Notes: a model not told the origin generated them from the letters alone. DNA of 38,036 nt from Octopus sinensis (GCF_006345805.1 NW_021835830.1:1-38036), one strand, 5' to 3'. Positions 22,201 through 34,634 are shown, counted from the stretch's first letter. Program-made: numbers and translations.

Positions 22201-22612
22201 AGGCGTAGGAGTGGCTGTGTGGAGGCGTAGGAGTGGCTATGTGGTAAGTAGCTTGCTTACCAACCACATGGTTCCGGGCTCAGTCCCACTGCGGGGCACC
22301 TTGAGCAAGTGTCTTTTACTATAGCCTCGGGCCGACCAAAGCCTTGTGGATTTGGTAGACGGAAACTTAAAGAAGCCCGACGTATATATGTATATATACA
22401 TGTATGTGAGTATATATGTTTGTGTGTCTGTGTTTGTCCCCGAACATCACTTGACAACCGATGCTGGTGTGTTTACGTCCCCGTAACTTAGCGGTTCGGC
22501 AAAAGAGACCGATAGAATAAGTACTAGGATTACAAAGAATAAGTCCTGGGGTCGATTTGCTCGATCGACTAAAGGCGGTGCTCCAGCATGGCCACAGTAA
22601 AAAAATGACTGA
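22201..22612 (+). mobile_element. SINE family B with a 22-bp duplicated head
   Basis: AGGCGTAGGAGTGGCTGTGTGG followed by AGGCGTAGGAGTGGCTATGTGG, then TAAGTAGC. Confidence 0.93.
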
Positions 22613-22749
22613 ATACTTGCATACGGATGGACTCCTCTAAAAGCGTCTAGTTGATGGTATTAAATTGTACAAATAGTTAAGACTACCATCCCTAAAACAA
22701 GTACGGTTAATCATAAGGAGTGTGTAGAAGTGGCGACCTTGATATGAAA

Positions 22750-23230
22750 ACTTGCATACGGAGTAGACAACATTACAGGTGCCAGTTGATGCTATTATTT
22801 TGGACGAAAGACATACACTTCCATCCCAATAACCGATACAGTCCAAGGCAACAGACCTTTTCTGTACATGTTCTGTCTACCAAGGTAAAGTGTCAATGTT
22901 GATGTGAACCCGAAGGTATGGTAGAAGGCGCTTACTTATAATATCAGGTGATAGTACAAAAATATTTCTTAAACAACACTTGCGTACGGAGTAGACATTA
23001 TAGGTGCCAGTTGATGGTATTATTTTGTATGAAAGACATAGACTTCCATCCCAACAACCGATACAGCCCAAGGCAACAGACCTTTTCTAAACACGTTCTG
23101 TCTACCAAGGTAAAGTGTCAATGTCGATGTGGACCCGGGGATATGGTAGAAGGCGCTTACCCATAATATCACGCAGTGGTACCAAACACAGAACCAATCA
23201 GGTGATAGTACAAAAATATTTCATAAACAC
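22750..23230. repeat. Tandem duplication with a 228-bp period (second copy has a ~29-bp insertion)
   Basis: ACTTGC(A/G)TACGGAGTAGAC at 22750 and 22978; units align through GATAGTACAAAAATATTTC. Confidence 0.92.
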
Positions 23231-23254
23231 ACGGCCACGCTCCTGTCCATTGAC

Positions 23255-23625
23255 ACGAGCATATTTTGCTTGTGACATCTTAAATATTTTCATTTGTGGT
23301 ACAGTTTATACAGTGAAGTTTCTCTAATCGAATCTAATTCATCGACCAATGGATTTCCGAAACGAGCGATAACCCAGATCGGTACGAACCTGTTACGCTC
23401 ATCATATCTTGACTATCTTCGTATGTGGTACAGTTTACACAGTTGAGGTACTCTGATGGAATTTGAAACATTGATCGGCGTATTTCTTCAGTGCACTCTC
23501 AAGTAATCGTACCCATAACAGAGATCGATACAACTCTGTTTTGCTAGTGACACTTTCAAAAAGTTTTTCGTTTTTTTCGCTTACACAGTCGTTGCACTCT
23601 AATCAAATTTGAAACATCGATCATT
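23255..23625. repeat. Degenerate tandem repeat, ~130-150 bp units, ~2.5-3 copies
   Basis: Recurrent TGTGGTACAGTTTA(T/C)ACAGT, CTCT(A/G)AT..AATTTGAAACAT(C/T)GATC, ATAAC..AGATCG.TAC and TTTTGCT(T/A)GTGACA. Confidence 0.65.
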
Positions 23626-24059
23626 TACTTTGCCAATCGTCTCAATTATTCGTTTTCATCAAACTTAACTTTCTCAATAGAAGCAATATCCAACTATATT
23701 TTCCTTTTTATCCCTTCTTTCTTTTGTTTTATTTACCTTAAACTTCTTGTATTCTTGTTTGGTTTCTTTCAATAATGGTCTGCAAGACAGCTTAGTCTAA
23801 GAACATCGTCTCTTTCAATGTCAGATTAATTTCAATTCACAAATGTTTATATAAAAGGCTTTTGTTCATCTTTTTCATCGTTTGTTTATTATTTTTTCAT
23901 GTATTTTTTAATCAATTGTCTCTGACACTTAAATACATAACCTCGTCTATTGAGAACACATTATCGCAAATTATAATTTTTACAACGTAATATACACATA
24001 TCAATGAAATAAAAGTTGGTTAGTCTATTTGTCTGCATGTCTCTCCATCCACCCACCCA

Positions 24060-24128
<69 letters not shown>

Positions 24129-24145
24129 ATCTATCTATCTATCTA
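24060..24145. repeat. (TGTC)n/(TATC)n microsatellite
   Basis: Direct reading. Confidence 0.95.
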
Positions 24146-25117
24146 CATGAAGCATGACTACTGCATGAATTAAACTGCAGAATGCTTCGTTCGACTCAAA
24201 TCATCGACCGAAACAAATGCGGAGCTGGGCCAAATAAAGGGACTATATATATATAGAAAGTGACTAAAGAACAATCCAGAACACAAGGAAAGATTTGGGG
24301 TTGGAAATTTCTATACTAAGGGCTTGTCTGTTCTTGCGTCGCGTTACAAAAATACAACAGATGCATTTTAAAATGAATACATCATATACGTTTTCGCAAG
24401 AAGAGATGAGTGGCTTTCGTCATTTGCTGACGGTATCACAGAGACAGTAACTTAACCATCTCTGCTCTGCCGGGACAATTCTCAGAAGCAGGTGCCTATA
24501 CCCAAGTATATTTACCACTTCTCCGCTCACGAATACGCCACAAAGGTAAGACAAATAAATAAGTTCGCAGCAACTATGGAGCCACTGGGAATGCCAGATA
24601 TTGGTTAAGTACAACCGTACTCATCTACCTTAAGGTCCCACCCCCTGGAATTTCTGTAGGTGTTTACTTATTATTAGAGTGGGTATGGTTTGTGCAAATC
24701 TAATCCAACTTCCTCGTCTTTCAAACTTGTGTTGCTTTGGTGCAACAAGTACCACGATCTCAGTAGTTAACAGGATGCAGGAGTTGTATAGAGTTAACTT
24801 CGCTTTGATGAGCAGCAAAAGAGGTGAAGGGCCTTATCTAACCTAGATCTGTTGGGGTACCTGTGTGACCTTCTTTCGGAGGAAATTCTATGACATGCTA
24901 ATTAATCCATAACTGGGTTAACGGCCAGGTGTTACTACTCCGAGTCAGAGTAAACTTCGAGTCAATAGTGGCTGAACGAGGGTTACACACTGCCCAAAAT
25001 TCTGGAACTTCCAAACTAGGACCTCTCTACCGGATGTAGTTGAAAGTCATATCCGGGACATAAGGATAGAGAGTCACATATAAATGAATATATTCGAAAA
25101 ATATAAGAAAAGTACTG

Positions 25118-25435
25118 AGGCACGGGAATGGTTGTGTGGGTAAGAAGCTTGCTTTGAAACAATGTGGTTTTGAGATCAGTCCCACAGTACCTTGGTTAAT
25201 GGGGTAGCCTCAGGCCGACCTGACGAAAACTGTATGGAAGCTCGTCTTGTATATAGATATAAAACACGTACATATATGTGCGAGTTTGTCGTCCTCTTAA
25301 CTCAGCGGTTTGGCAAAAAAGGTACGAAAAAATTAGTACAAGACTTAAAAATGTGTACGAGGGAGGATTTGTTCGACTAAGCTCTTCAAAGCTGTGCCCC
25401 AGCGTGATAACAACCTAACGACCGAAACGAGAAAA
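25118..25435 (+). mobile_element. Old degenerate SINE family B copy
   Basis: GGAATGGTTGTGTGGGTAAGAAGCTTGC..CAGTCCCAC..GCCTCAGGCCGACC..CTGTGCCCCAGC. Confidence 0.7.
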
Positions 25436-25607
25436 AGGAAAATGAATGCCAAAATGTGTGGAAATCTATAAGTGTGGCAGTGATATAAATACTGCTGTCA
25501 GTATAACAATAACCGATATAAATTTCAGTTGTTGAGTTGGTTGTGTGTGTTTGTGTGTATACAAATATATAGAGGAGTAAAATTTAGGCAAGTCGATGTA
25601 CAAAATA

Positions 25608-25970
25608 CATTATTTTCTACTCTAGACACAAGGCACGAAATTTTTGCGGAGGGGGGGGGCAATCGATTTGCTCGATCCAGTACGCAACTGGTACTTAATT
25701 TATCGACCCTTGAAAGGATGAAATGGAAAGTCAACCTCGGCGGAATTTGAACTCAGAATGTAAAGGCAGACGAAATACTTATTTCTTTACTACCCACGAG
25801 GAGCTAAAGATAGAGTGGACAAATAAGGACAGACAAACGGATTAAGCAACTGGTACTTATTTAATCGACCCCGAAAGGATGAAAGGCAAAGTCGACCTCG
25901 GCGGAATTTGAACTCACAGCGTAACGGCAAGTTTCGCCCGGTGTGCTAATGATTCTGCCAGCTCGCCGCC
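25608..25970 (-). mobile_element. SINE family A dimer
   Basis: Head ends ~25970; unit junction near 25779. Confidence 0.88.
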
Positions 25971-25984
25971 ATAGATATATATTT

Positions 25985-26220
25985 ATGTGTGTGTGTCTTT
26001 GTATCTGTGTTTTTCCCAACCTCACCGTCGCTTGACAACCGATCTTGGTATGATTATGTCCTCGTAGTGTAGCGATTCGGCAAAAGGGATCGGTACAACT
26101 AATACCAGGCTTACAAAGAATAAGTCATTGGGTCGATTTCTTCGACTGAAAAAAAAAACCTTATAAAGCTTTGCTCCAGCATGGCCTCAGTCAGATGCCT
26201 GAAACAAGTAAAAGAAAAGA
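25985..26220 (+). mobile_element. SINE family B 3' half
   Basis: CGCTTGACAACCGAT..GCTCCAGCATGGCC..GAAACAAGTAAAAG. Confidence 0.8.
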
Positions 26221-26844
26221 ATACACAGACAATGCCACACACACACACACACGGATATACATACACACGCCCATTAATACATACATACATACATATATGC
26301 GCTGGAAATAATAAAAAAGTAAATAGTTATCTACTTATTAATCTGATAAAACCAACACTTGAACAACAATTTTCTCATTTCGCCTTCAGCTCATCACCGG
26401 CTTAGGAATAACGAGTGTATTGAAGACGCGTGTAGGCGGCCAATTCATGAATATAGAAACGAAAGCGAAGCAAGTTTAAAAATGAACATTGTAAAAAAAA
26501 ATATAAAAAATACAGAAAGAAAGCGTAAACAAACGGTTTTGAATTCGATATCGGGGAATACCATCCGTTTATCTTCTCTACATATGTCAAACGCAATTTA
26601 TTTTTCTAGATCCGTGGTTAACATCTATGAACAAGAAATTGAAATCAACCCACACGCTTACAAAACTAAGGACAATTTTGGAAAGATATGTTATGGATGT
26701 AATTTAGGCATTAATCTAGTTTGTGATACGAGTAATAGAGTGAATTAGTTCTAACTTACACCAAGGAAATTATTATTTTTTTTAGGAGAGTTTCAACTGG
26801 CACTTGAAACCCTGCGATTGTTTATAAACCAGTGGGTCGCGCAA

Positions 26845-27185
26845 GAATGGCTGAGTAGTTAGAGATTTGCTTCCAAACCACTTGGTTCCGGGTTCAGTCC
26901 CACTGCGTGACACCTTGGGCAATTATCTTCTGCTACATTCTCAAGCCCATCAAAGCCTTGTGAGTGAATATCGTAGACAGAAACTGAGAGAAGCCCGTCG
27001 TATATATATATATATATATATATTATTTATGTCGCTGTAACTTAGCGGTCCGGGAAAAGAGACCAACAAAATAAGTACCAGGGTTAAAAAATATTACGTG
27101 CTGGGTTTGATTCGTTCGACTAAAAATCCTTTACAATGGTGCCCCAGCATGGCCGCAATCTAATGACTGAAGCAAGTAAAAGATA
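26845..27185 (+). mobile_element. SINE family B, diverged
   Basis: GGTTCCGGGTTCAGTCCCACTGCGTGACACCTTGGGC..GCCCCAGCATGGCCGCA..AAGTAAAAGATAA. Confidence 0.88.
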
Positions 27186-27194
27186 ATATGTACA

Positions 27195-27845
27195 TGATGT
27201 AGAAGTAACGCAAAGAATAAATAAGGCTAAAACTACATTTAGAAGAAAAAGAAAGAAGAGCTATTCGTTCTAAGGGTCATAACTCTGAAGCTGAAACTGA
27301 GGTTAATAAACTGCTATATTTGTGCCGATCGTCCTCAACTGGGTAGAGAATTGGACAATGTCCAGAGTAATGGCGATGGAGATGCATGCCTTTGATATAT
27401 GGGTTGGAATAAGCTGGAAATGCAGGTTAACAAACGCTGCAATTTTCTTTTATACTCTAGGCACAAGGCCCGAAATTTTGGGGAGGGGGCCAGTCGATTA
27501 GATCGACCCCAATACGCAACTGGTAATTAATGTGTCGACCCAGAAAGGATGAAGGGCAAAGTCGTCCTCGGCGGAATTTCAAACGCTGCAATATTAGAAA
27601 AGCTGTAAGTCCAAAGACATCCATTGTGAAGAATCAATTCCACAAAGCTATGCGTGACTGTTCAAGACCATTCTGTCAGGAAGTACAGAGGTAAAAGAGC
27701 AAGAAGCCGCCAAAAACGTTTGTTGGCTGACATCAAAAAACGGAACAAGAGCCCGGCTGATTATGTGCATGCAATACGAAACGGAGGGAGCAGGTATGTC
27801 TTTTCAAATCTACCGCTATACATAGAGAGGGTACCTGGCTCATGA
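27195..27845 (+). mobile_element. RTE-clade LINE relic (C-terminal RT-adjacent region) interrupted by a SINE
   Basis: DVEVTQRINKAKTTF..TLKLKLRLINCYI..ENWTMSRVMAMEMHAFDIW..ISW..TNAAILEKL..GKRARSRQKR. Confidence 0.75.
27444..27579 (-). mobile_element. 5'-truncated SINE family A with a 13-bp target-site duplication
   Basis: CAAACGCTGCAAT at 27431-27443 and 27580-27592. Confidence 0.9.
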
Positions 27846-28046
27846 TATTTGCCTATAATCAGGAGTGAATTTTCTTGATAGAGGCCATCCGTAAGTACAA
27901 GTCAGCAGGTTTTAAAATCAACGTAGAATCAACAATCCAACTGTGTAATTGGTTTTGGTTGAGTCATGACTTCCCATACTAAAATCGAAGATGGTCACTA
28001 GGTTTCTTACTTATTCATAACTAGCTTCATATTTGATAGTGTAAGT

Positions 28047-28950
28047 TACGAAGTGGTACTAAAACGTTATCAGATTAGTCCTGTAGCGCGCAAACGGACA
28101 GCAGCGCACGGTTGCGTGCATAGTGAGAGCTAGCAGTGGCCTTTATGAGGCAGTGTGCCGAGTGACATCGCTGATTTCACTCCGCAAGTTGGGAAATTTG
28201 TGTTTTTGTGATCGTGTGGTATGCTGTAGTCTGCAATTTTGTCATGGACAGGAAGATGGAACAAAGAGCCGACGTGAAATTTTGCGTTAAACTTGGGAGA
28301 TCGGCTAAAGAGACATTGAGCATGCGTCGACAAGCTTACGGCACCGAGGCAACGGGTCATGCACAATGTTTCAAGTGGCACGGGTGTTTCGAAAGCGGAA
28401 GAACGTCCCTGCAAGACGTTGAGTGATCTGAAAGACCTACTGCGAGCGTCACCCACGGAAGGGTGGTATTGTGCATCGTGCCCCTCCAAGTTCAGACGGT
28501 CAATCGAGAATTCTACAGCGAAGTTTTGAAGCGAAAGTGACCGGTTCTGTGGAGCGTGAAGAATTAGATCCTTCTCGACGACAATGCACCCTATCACTGA
28601 GCAATCCTCACGCGTGAGTTTCTCGCCAAAAACAACATGGTATCGCTTCTGCACCCTCCCTATTCGCCAAATTTAGCACTTGCGGACTTCCGTCTCCTCC
28701 CAAAGATGAAAATGCGAAGGTCACCATTTTAACACCGATGTCGAGATCGAGAGTGAATCGCAGAAGGACCGGCACTTGCTCACGGAAAGCGACTTCCAAA
28801 CCGGATTGCAAAAGTGGCAGAAACGCTGGGACCGGTGTATTGCTGTGTAAAATGACTATCTCGAAGGAAACGATGCTAAAATTTAGGTAAAATAAGTTTT
28901 TTCTTATTAAACATAAAACTAGTCCTGCAACTTTTTAATGCCACCCCGTA
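28047..28950 (+). mobile_element. Internally deleted mariner with both TIRs and TA target sites
   Basis: MDRKMEQRADVKFCVKLGRSAKETL..FKWH..FESGRTSL.D joined to QTVNREFYSEVLKR..LLDDNAPYH..HPPYSPNLALADF..WQKRWDRCIA; TIRs TACGAAGTGGTACTAAAACGTT vs reverse complement TACGGGGTGGCATTAAAAAGTT. Confidence 0.93.
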
Positions 28951-29264
28951 TATACTCAGGACTGGAATGTTAATACTCTTGAGGTGCGTTGTATCGAACA
29001 CATCTCTTAGCTTATCCCAGTCTTCATAAATCAAGCAAATTTTCATTAACGCATCCCGTAACCACAAATATGTTGTTTAAATATCCGGTGTACATTATAT
29101 ATCTATGTCTTGTTAGCGTTTTGTTTTCTATTGTAGCCAACTACAATGATACGAACGTGGACTCTAAGTAACAAAAGATAGCTTCCCCATCGTCTGTAGA
29201 AGTTTTGTTGTGGACATGTGAAGAAACTTGAATTAAGAACGTATTTTATGAATAACAAACTAAA

Positions 29265-29620
29265 AGGCGGTGAGCTGGAAGATTCGTTTGCACGTCGGAC
29301 AAAATGCTTAGCGGCATTTCTTCCGAGTCATTTCGTTCTGAGTTCAAAATTCCGCCGAGGTCAACTTAGCTGTTCATTCTTTCGAGGTCGATAAAGTAAG
29401 TACCAGTCAACGTAATCGACCAGCCCTCGCTCCCCCTAATTTCTGGTCTTATGCCTATAGTTGGAAGGATGACTAACAAATAATACGGTGGACTAGTAGA
29501 ATCGTGGCGCGCTGAATAAAATGCTTAGCGATATTTCTTGCTGTTCTGAGTTCAAACTCCACCGAGGTCGACTTTAACTTTCATTGTTTCGGAGTCGATG
29601 ATATTAAGTACCAGTCATTT
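29265..29620 (+). mobile_element. Two degenerate SINE family A copies
   Basis: AGGCGGTGAGCTGG..GAGTTCAAAATTCCGCCGAGGTC and GAGTTCAAACTCCACCGAGGTCGAC. Confidence 0.8.
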
Positions 29621-29626
29621 GCTATT

Positions 29627-29925
29627 GTCGTGGAGGCACATGACCTAGTGGTTAGAGCAGTGGACTCGCGGTAGAAGGATCGCGGGTTCGAATCTCAGAC
29701 CGGGCGATGTGTGTGTTTACGAGCTCCACACGGCTCCGGCAGAAGATAATGGCGAACTTCTGCTGACTCTTTTGCCACAACTTTCTCTCACTCTTTCCTC
29801 CTGCATCTAGCAGCTCACCTGCGACGGAGCGGTATCGCTGTCCAGGTGGGGAACCTATACGTCAAGGAAACCGAGAAACAGGCCCTTATGAGCCAGGCAC
29901 GGCTCGAGAAGGAACAAAGCAACAT
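29627..29925 (+). mobile_element. SINE family C
   Basis: GGAGGCACATGACCTAGTGGTTAGAGC..GGTTCGAATCTC head followed by the family body. Confidence 0.85.
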
Positions 29926-30715
29926 TTACTAGTATCGATCAATCGACTTACTCCTTCTGCCTAAAGTTGCTGACCTTGTTCAAAAAATTTGAAGCCATTC
30001 ATAACAGACGATAAGTCTGTAAAGATGCGAACAAGGTTTTGAATGTCCACAAATAAAATTGTAAACAAGAAAGTTGTAAATATCAGGTTAGCGACTGTAC
30101 GAGAACAATACTAGACAATATATTAACAATACTAGAATAGCACATTACTGTCAGCTTACAGTTTACTTACAACGAGGCTCAAATGCAAGAATAATATGAA
30201 ACAAAACAAAACGTAATAGACAAGAAAAGAGCAGACAAAGCAACAATACTCTACAGACGGATTAAAGCACATCGAAGCAACAGGGATAAATTAACACAAC
30301 TCTTTATTAATTACACAGATAATATGCACTTATTACAAACAAAAAATTAACTGATGTGGTATATATCAATCGGTCATAGATTTGAATTCCGACTGTAATA
30401 TGACGTCGAAACTGCTCACATTATAGAGGTTGTAATACATGCTGATATCCCTTCTTCCAGAAGATGAGACTTTGGAGGTCTTGTAAAGCTGATGGTGGAT
30501 TTAGAAACTTTGCTGTTTCAAGGAAACTGAAAAAAGAACTCAGGAAAATATGAAATAACCTTGATTAAAAAAAAACCCAAAATAAAACGCCGGTGCTTTC
30601 AACATGATAGAAAGATAGTTCCTCATTTAAGCACTCGTGCTAATACAGATTTATACATATATATATCCATATATGCATGCATTCATACATTCACATGCCT
30701 ATCTGTCTGTCCGTT

Positions 30716-30826
<111 letters not shown>

Positions 30827-30883
30827 GGTTATGTGAATATATATAAAATTATGAAATTATCTCTCAACACATCTCCCTGAATA

Positions 30884-30913
<30 letters not shown>

Positions 30914-30918
<5 letters not shown>

Positions 30919-31085
30919 GAAATTTACAGAAAAACAAAAGACGAGGAGAGGTGTATGGACAACAGGCAAGTGTTTTATTTTGACGCTCGGGAAGGTGAGA
31001 AAGTCTTTTATGCTTCGAGTCGACGCTCTTAAACAGAAAAGTACACGAAGAAGTAAACAGAGAGAATAAAAAAAGAACTTGTGGT
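30914..31085 (+). repeat. Unclassified short interspersed repeat (possibly a Penelope-like terminus)
   Basis: Shares its start with 4772-4832; class assignment is from memory only. Confidence 0.35.
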
Positions 31086-31521
31086 TTTAGCGCTCACACA
31101 CATGCACAAATACATACACACGCACACGCACGCACACACACGCACACACACGCGCATAAAAACACACACACGCGCATAAACACACACATACACGCATATA
31201 TATTTATAGTCATCATCATTATGTACATTACTGTTTTGACTAAATTTTGTAATTCTCTTTTCATTTATGGTTTCTGAAACACACCGAGATTTTCCTTTCT
31301 GAAAGCAAGATTTAGCTACTTATCTGTAATCATAGAAATATTTAAAGTTATCAAAAATGTTTAAGGTTGTGAAATACGCTACCAACATTTATAGAATCTA
31401 TTAACGTCTCGAACGAGCCTTTGGCTATTCTTGGAGGTAATCTGTTAGAGTCATATTAACTAGGCCGGAGGGCGTATTTAGTTGCCCCTGTTTATCTTCT
31501 CGCTTTTCGGTTTTTCTTTTA

Positions 31522-31523
31522 GT

Positions 31524-31594
<71 letters not shown>

Positions 31595-31763
31595 ACACAC
31601 ACACACACACTTACATATGCCATATTATTTATAGTATATATATATGTATATATATATATACTCATACTATATACACATATACACTCATATGTATAGACAT
31701 GTATATATGGATATGTATCTATATATGTATGTCGTCTAAACATATGCATATATGCATATAATC

Positions 31764-31798
<35 letters not shown>

Positions 31799-31862
31799 TA
31801 TATATGTATATGTAGCTGTTTTCCAAACACGTATGTATGTATACATATATATATCTATACAT

Positions 31863-31893
<31 letters not shown>

Positions 31894-32036
31894 CGTGTGT
31901 GTGTGTGTGTGTGCGTGTATGTTTGTGTGGGCGGTATACACACACACGTATATATATACATATGTACACATCTATGCAGATGTATCGTGTGCATGTGTAT
32001 TTTTGTTCGTGTATATGTACATATGCATACATGCAG

Positions 32037-32107
<71 letters not shown>

Positions 32108-32190
32108 GGTGTTGTCTCTGTGGGTTTGTGTGTGTGATTGTGTTGTGTTGTATGTGCGAGTTTGCGTGTGTGGTTGTCTGTGTGTTCACG
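31522..32190. repeat. (CA)n/(TA)n/(GT)n compound microsatellites
   Basis: Direct reading. Confidence 0.93.
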
Positions 32191-32504
32191 TGCGTGCTTG
32201 TGCGCAATAGGCGGTGAAGTGTTTGCAGTGAAATCTTTATGAATGCTGGATAGAACGCTCTGAGTTCAAATCCCGCCGATGTCAACATAACTTTACGTCC
32301 TTTCAAGATCGATTAAAAAAAAATACACATCGGGAGGCAGAACTATTAGAAGATCAAACAAGATGCCTTGTGATGATTATTCCACCTATTCGCATTCAGG
32401 CTGGAATACCTGCCACAGCGCTGCTATCAAGGTGTATCCGTCCAATATAGCGGACTTTTGTTGTGACGTGCAGAAGAGTAACTTCTGTGCACAGGTTAAC
32501 TACT

Positions 32505-32660
32505 GGTTTTCCTGTGTGGTAGGAAGCTTGCTTACCAACCACATGGTTCCGGGTTCAGTCTCACTGCGTGGAACCTTGAGCAAGTGTCTTATACTGTAGC
32601 GTCGGGCCGACCAAAGCCTTGGGAGTAGATTTGGTAGACGGAAACTGAAAGAAGCCTGTC

Positions 32661-32721
<61 letters not shown>

Positions 32722-32975
32722 GTATGTATGTGTATGTAGTATGTATGTATGTATGTATGTATGTATGTGTGTGTGTTTGTCCCTACTTTCTCCACTTGAA
32801 ACCGGTGTTGGTTTGTTTTTGTCTCCGTAACCTAGCGGTTCGGCCAAATATATCGATAGAATAAGTACCAGGCTTTAGAAAAAAAAGTACTGGGGGGTCG
32901 ATACATTCGACTATAATTTCTTCAAGGCGGTGCCCCAGCATGGCCGCAGTCGAAAGACTGAAACAAGTAAAAGAT
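32505..32975 (+). mobile_element. SINE family B with expanded internal microsatellite
   Basis: CTGTGTGGTAGGAAGCTTGCTTACC..GGTGCCCCAGCATGGCCGCAG..AAGTAAAAGATAA. Confidence 0.9.
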
Positions 32976-33070
32976 AACAGGTAAAGGATAAGGCTTACTT
33001 ATACACGACCAAATGGTTAACCAGCCTTTTGCTACGGAGATCCAACGTAGTGCTACTGTAACATACCATA

Positions 33071-33548
33071 AGGCGGCTAGTTGGTAGAGTTGTTTAGTGC
33101 GTTGTACAAAATGCTTAGCAGCATTTCGTCCGTTTTTACATTCTCGGTTCAAATTCCAGCGAAGTTGACTTCTCTTTCATCCTTTTTTTTTGGGGGGGGG
33201 GGCGATAAAATAAGTACCTGTTGAGCACTGGGGTCGATTTGATCGACTTGGACCCTTTCCTAAAAGTTTTGGCCTTGTGCCAAAATTTGAAACCAATATA
33301 AAGGGAAGTGTAAAGCGGGTTGGTAAAGAGGGTTGGTAGAAGGGTTAGCACACTGTGAAAAATGCTCACAGGTATTTCGTGCGTCTTTAGGTTCTGAGTT
33401 CAAATTCCACTGATGTCGAATTTGCCGATCATCCCTTCGGGGTCGATCAAATAAGTTCCAGTCAAGCGCTGGAGTCGTTGTAATCGACTTACAGTCATCC
33501 TTAAAATTACTGTCCTTGAGCTAAAATTTGATACCAATTTGAAACCAA
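33071..33548 (+). mobile_element. Two tandem degenerate SINE family A copies
   Basis: Two GTTCAAATTCC cores, each ending in ..AAAATTTGA(A/T)ACCAAT. Confidence 0.8.
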
Positions 33549-33558
33549 TATTAAGTGA

Positions 33559-33980
33559 ACTGAGCCAGCGACATATATGAGACATGGCTCAAGAACTGAG
33601 TCTGTGAAATATATGAAACTTGGCTCAAAAGCTGAGCCTGTTAAATATATGAGATTTGGCTCAGCAACTGAGCCTGTGAAATATATGAAACTTGGCTCAA
33701 AAACAGCCTGTGAAATATGAGACTTAGCACAAAAACTGAGCCTGTGAAATATGAGACTTGACTCAAGAACTGAGCCTGTGAAATATATGAAACTTGGCTC
33801 AAAAGCTAAGCCTGTGAAATATATGAAACTTGGCTCAAAAGCTAAGCCTGTGAAATATATGAGAATTGACTCAGCAACTGAGCTTGTAAAATGTATGAGA
33901 CTCGACTCAAAAGTGAGCCTGTGAAATATATGAAACTTGGCTCAAGAACTGTCCCGGTGAAATATATGAGACTTGGCTTC
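33559..33980. repeat. 36-bp minisatellite, 12 units, consensus ACTGAGCCTGTGAAATATATGA(A/G)ACTTGGCTCAA(A/G)A
   Basis: Units counted manually; three units carry 1-4 bp deletions. Confidence 0.95.
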
Positions 33981-34479
33981 TAGTAATAGGATACGAACCA
34001 TTGTTTCTTTGGGTTTGGAATTTCGACACTCGATAGACTCAACAAGAAGCGATAGCTTTCTCAAAAGCAGAGACAGGATAGGCTCGCTTTTTGTTGCTGT
34101 TGTTTTTGTTGCTATTGCTGCCGCTGTTGTTTAGCTCCAGGTCAGACATAACAGAGCAGAGCTATGATCAAAGACACTGGCACCACAATTAACTCATCTC
34201 TTAACGTATTGACGACAACCTCGTCTTGTAAATCTTTGATCGCTTTAATGCAGTTGGGTGTGATTTGTAACCGATAGAGCGACTACATAGGAGGCATCCA
34301 CTCTGGATCAGCGAAATTCGGACGCTAATAAAACTCCCGAACGCACCATCAAATGTAATTCAATTACCTTACGATAAAATTTATCTCTGCTTTGATAATC
34401 TAATTAAAGAACAAGACTCAAGGAGCGATTTAGCGAAGAATCACACTGAAGGGTGTCATTTGTTTGAAAATGGCCGTTT

Positions 34480-34634
34480 TCATTATACACACACGTGCAT
34501 CGTGTATGTGTATATATATAAACACATCCACACACACACACACACACACCACACACACACACACACCACACACACACACACACACACATATATATACATA
34601 AATATATACTTATATATATGTATATATATAAGTA

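Noticed and set aside
24420-24546. Strong plus donor AAG|GTAAGA with an open upstream frame
   Set aside because: No clear acceptor or recognisable peptide.
29627-29700. tRNA-like heads (also 5735-5810 and SINE A/B heads) as tRNA genes
   Set aside because: They continue into SINE bodies and lack an intact cloverleaf acceptor stem.
33559-33980. CRISPR-like 36-bp repeat
   Set aside because: Contiguous units without unique spacers, no cas genes, eukaryotic context.
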